From positions 1-19,529 of the forward strand of contig JBHIAC010000050.1 of NCBI GenBank assembly GCA_046758365.1: a DNA stretch of 19,529 bases, read 5' to 3'. This document shows, in pieces, positions 16,722 to 19,529 of the stretch; positions within the stretch are counted from its first letter, which is position 1; every line of letters starts with the position of its first letter. Made by a program: the position numbers and the translations under genes. This DNA comes from a bacterium. GTDB taxonomy: Bacteria > Zhuqueibacterota > Zhuqueibacteria > Oceanimicrobiales > Oceanimicrobiaceae. Under the pieces are notes generated by a model. It had not been told where the DNA came from. It searched no databases and saw only the letters and a list, made by a program, of their open reading frames with translations.

Positions 16722-16789
16722 CAAAATAGGGTGTACAACCTTTAGGTTGAGATTGTCATAGGCAGGCTGAAGCCTGTACACACATTTTG
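16722..16789. repeat. REP-like hairpin dyad (same architecture as the terminal array)
   Basis: GTGTA-CAACC-TTTA-GGTTG (16731-16749) and inverted CAGGC-TGAA-GCCTG-TACAC (16763-16781), flanked by CAAAAT/ATTTTG. Confidence 0.8.
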
Positions 16790-16819
16790 AGCATGTCAAT
16801 GATGAGCGAAAAATTATTA

Positions 16820-17608
16820 TTAGGCTATCCCACCCCCGTCAACTACTAAATGCGTACCGGTTACCCAAGTAGACAGGTCACTGGCAAAAAATAAAACAGC
16901 GTTAGCAACGTCCTCAGGGGTTCCAACTCTGTTTATAGGCCTGTCTGCCGCTTCTTTCATAAACGTTTCCTCATCTTCACCTAACTGTGTACACTCACTT
17001 CTTAAGAGCGACGTATCTACATCTCCTGGGCATACACAGTTCACTCGTATGTTATGTTTACCATGATCTATTGCCATAGCACGAGTTAGATTGAGTACTC
17101 CACCTTTAGCAGCACAATATGAAACTGCATTGGGACCGCCCTTTAGTGACCATCCGGAGCCGGAATTTATAATACTGCCTCCACCATTTTTGATCATATA
17201 AGGAATAACATAATGAGAAAGCATGTAGATACCTTTCAAAGTTACATCTACCGCTAGGTCCCAATCTTCTTCATTTAAATCAACCGTGTTTTTTCTTATT
17301 GCTATGCCGGCATTATTAAAAAGAATATCTATTTTGCCGAATTCTTTAATTGTTCCTTCTACCGCATTTTTACAATCTGAATTTGATCTAACATCGCATT
17401 TAATAAATATTGCCTTACCGCCAAGACTTTTGATTTCTTTTACAGCTTTAGCTCCATTTTCTTCAATGATATCCAGAACAACAATCTTTGCTCCCAATTC
17501 CGCTAAACGTTTTGCAGTTCCGAAACCAATCCCTGATGCGCCGCCGGTAATGACTGCAACTTTTCCTTCCAAAGAAAGAAGTTCTAATGCATTTTTACTA
17601 ATGTTCAT
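16820..17608 (-). CDS. Classical SDR family NAD(P)-dependent oxidoreductase
   Basis: TGGASGIG, NNAG, YCAAK, NCVCPG and VDGG. GGAGG RBS upstream. Confidence 0.93.
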   Translation of the reverse strand: MNISKNALELLSLEGKVAVITGGASGIGFGTAKRLAELGAKIVVLDIIEENGAKAVKEIKSLGGKAIFIKCDVRSNSDCKNAVEGTIKEFGKIDILFNNAGIAIRKNTVDLNEEDWDLAVDVTLKGIYMLSHYVIPYMIKNGGGSIINSGSGWSLKGGPNAVSYCAAKGGVLNLTRAMAIDHGKHNIRVNCVCPGDVDTSLLRSECTQLGEDEETFMKEAADRPINRVGTPEDVANAVLFFASDLSTWVTGTHLVVDGGGIA

Positions 17609-17952
17609 GCATTTCTCCTCCCAAATGTGTATTTGCTTGAAAATAAAGCTTGTTTAATCATAATCAACACAGTGGTACAAAGTGTGTAGGTCCGTACAAT
17701 CATGACCTGACCATAATATATAATTTTTAAATTAATTTTACTTTGTCAAGTAAAAAATAAAAAAATTAATTAACCTTATAAAATTTTATTGAGGAGTTCA
17801 AGTTTAGTGCGTAAAGTGTGTCGCACATTAAGGGGATCGAACTGTTTATAATTAATAAAACGTTAATAAAAAATTTTTGATTTTAATACTTTAATTACTT
17901 ATTTTGGAGTCGTCTTTGAGACTCCTTATCTTCAATTTCAAAGGAGGAAAAA

Positions 17953-18513
17953 ATGAATATAAAAACATATCAATATGCTCATGTACGTAGTCAAATTAAA
18001 AACGGCGATGTGTTAATGTACAAAGGAAAAGGATTGATTTCCTTTTTAATAACAAAAATAACCGGTTCAGCTTATTCGCATGCAGGAATCGCTGTCTGGT
18101 GGAATAAACGTTTAATGGTTATGGAAGCTGTTGGCAAAGGAGTGATAGTTACTCCTTTATCACATAATGTTGAACATTACAAAGGCGATGTAGAGTGGTT
18201 TTGGTGTAAAGAACAGATCTCTGATGAACATCGCATCAAAATGGTACAGTTTGCTCAGGAAGAACTTGGTAAAAGCTATGCGAAATGGAAATTAATTATA
18301 TTTGGATTATTCATTTTATTAAAAAAAGATATGGACAAAAGAGATGAGTTACGCCGAGCAAACAAATTATTCTGTTCCTATTATGTTGCACAAATTTACA
18401 ATTCAATTGGATTAGATTTAAAGAAAAATAAAAGTGATCGATTTATGACACCAGACGATATATCAAAGTCTCCTTTATTAATAAAAAAGGCTGTCTTAAA
18501 GAGAGAACAATGA
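17953..18513 (+). CDS. Permuted papain-like NlpC/P60 enzyme (YiiX/YebB, peptidase C92-like)
   Basis: GDVL, YSHAGI (His), MEAVGKGV, LGKSY and C-terminal LFCS (Cys) followed by TPDDI, i.e. His-before-Cys permuted order. AAGGAGG RBS. Confidence 0.85.
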   Translation: MNIKTYQYAHVRSQIKNGDVLMYKGKGLISFLITKITGSAYSHAGIAVWWNKRLMVMEAVGKGVIVTPLSHNVEHYKGDVEWFWCKEQISDEHRIKMVQFAQEELGKSYAKWKLIIFGLFILLKKDMDKRDELRRANKLFCSYYVAQIYNSIGLDLKKNKSDRFMTPDDISKSPLLIKKAVLKREQ

Positions 18514-18584
18514 CTGATTTGACAAGAATATCTACATCAACTTTCTGGCTGTTTTGTCGAACCATTAAAAAAGATAAGTTAATT

Positions 18585-19169
18585 ATGAAGCAAAATATAA
18601 ATAAAGAAGTAATAACGATTGTTTCAGGTTTACCTCGCTCTGGCACTTCGATGTTGATGAAGATGCTCGAGGCCGGCGGTATGAAAATTCTAACAGACCA
18701 GATAAGAACCGCTGATGAGGACAATCCAAAAGGGTACTATGAATTTGAAAAGGTAAAGGAGCTTGAAAAGGATACATCATGGCTGCAAAATGCCAAAGGG
18801 AAAGCAGTTAAAGTAATTTCAGCGCTACTCGAGCATTTGCCTCAAAATTATTCTTATAAAATAATTTTTATACATAGAAAAATAGAGGAAATTCTGGCAT
18901 CCCAAAAACAAATGCTCATTAGAAGAGGACAGCCAACCGATAAAGTCAGCGATGAAGAGATGAAGAAGATTTTCCTAAAACATGTACAACAAGTTGAAGA
19001 TTGGTTGGCTAATCAATCAAACATAGATGTAATGTACCTCTACTACAATGAAATTTTGAAAGAACCAGTCAAGTATAGTGCAAGAATCAATCAATTTTTG
19101 GGAGACATCCTAAATACGAAAAATATGGCGGGCATTGTTGATAAAACGCTCCATCGACAGCGTAGGTAG
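18585..19169 (+). CDS. Sulfotransferase family protein (P-loop-like PAPS-binding)
   Basis: IVSGLPRSGTSMLM (5'-PSB loop), DEDNPKGYYE and R...E..ASQ. ATG 18585 preferred, though the overlapping ATG at 18510 is possible. Confidence 0.85.
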   Translation: MKQNINKEVITIVSGLPRSGTSMLMKMLEAGGMKILTDQIRTADEDNPKGYYEFEKVKELEKDTSWLQNAKGKAVKVISALLEHLPQNYSYKIIFIHRKIEEILASQKQMLIRRGQPTDKVSDEEMKKIFLKHVQQVEDWLANQSNIDVMYLYYNEILKEPVKYSARINQFLGDILNTKNMAGIVDKTLHRQRR

Positions 19170-19207
19170 ACTTTTGCTTGTTGGGAGGAATAATCTGATT
19201 ATTCATT

Positions 19208-19529
19208 GTTGGGTGTTCACGCTTTAGCGTGATTTCCCCTCCAATGCAAGCTAAAGCTTGAACACCGCCCGCTTTTATAATATTTTATTTAATCTATGCT
19301 ATGAGTCCAACAAGCCATCCTTCTTATATTTTACAGTGTTGGGTGTTCACGCTTTAGCGTGATTTCCCCCCAGTACAAGCTGAAGCTTGAACACCGTCCA
19401 CTTTTAGAATCTTTTATTCAATCTATGCCATGAGTCCAACAAACCATCCTTCTTATATTTTACAGTAGTTGGGTGTTCACGCTTTAGCGTGATGTCCCCC
19501 TCCAATGCAAGCTAAAGCTTGAACACCGT
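19208..19529. repeat. Tandem array (130-bp period, at least 2.5 copies, cut by window end) of REP-like dyad plus conserved linker (BIME-like)
   Basis: GGGTGTTCACGCTTTAGCGTG starts at 19211, 19341 and 19471. Each copy is followed by inverted CAAGCT(A/G)AAGCTTGAACACC and a near-identical AT-rich linker. Confidence 0.92.

Noticed and set aside
2465..18780. Short antisense or alternate-frame ORFs nested in major genes (e.g. 3439-3675, 7693-7956, 12149-12355, 15349-15909, 17286-17657, 18443-18724)
   Set aside because: They are shadow ORFs overlapping well-supported genes and have no motifs of their own.
19301..19357. Repeated small peptide ORF MSPTSHPSYILQCWVFTL in the array
   Set aside because: The second copy stops earlier (CAG TAG), there is no RBS, and the 130-bp period is not a multiple of 3.
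19208..19529. CRISPR array or TIGR-type guide array
   Set aside because: The inter-repeat segments are near-identical copies rather than unique spacers, the period is 130 bp, and no cas-like gene is in the window.

Overview
AT-rich bacterial chromosomal window with no rRNA, tRNA or CRISPR array detected. Left part: a minus-strand trio (SpoU/TrmH RNA methyltransferase, OmpA/MotB-family protein, and a 2,4-diaminopentanoate-dehydrogenase/native amine-dehydrogenase-family gene that runs off the window edge and is missing from the ORF track), then a DUF3943-like protein and a membrane PP2C/SpoIIE phosphatase. Middle (about 5.6-9.4 kb): an accessory, decaying patch with an XRE regulator, a nested 240-nt palindrome, a small membrane protein, a DUF5916/CBM9-like gene relic, an NRAMP-like transporter and a DDE transposase relic. 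From 9.4 to 17.6 kb: a co-oriented minus-strand catabolic cluster (SDR, frameshifted and truncated SSS symporter, GH27 alpha-galactosidase, gcvPA, gcvPB, ATP-NAD-kinase-family gene, SDR). Its GcvP subunits keep the PLP lysine but differ from canonical substrate-pocket motifs, and gcvT/gcvH are absent from the window. Right end: a permuted papain-like YiiX enzyme, a sulfotransferase, and a 130-bp-period tandem array of REP-like hairpin dyads cut by the window edge. The stems of these hairpins co-vary with a dispersed copy at 16.7 kb. Many intergenic spacers hold non-coding, often nested, inverted-repeat elements. All family calls come from motif recognition, not from database searches.
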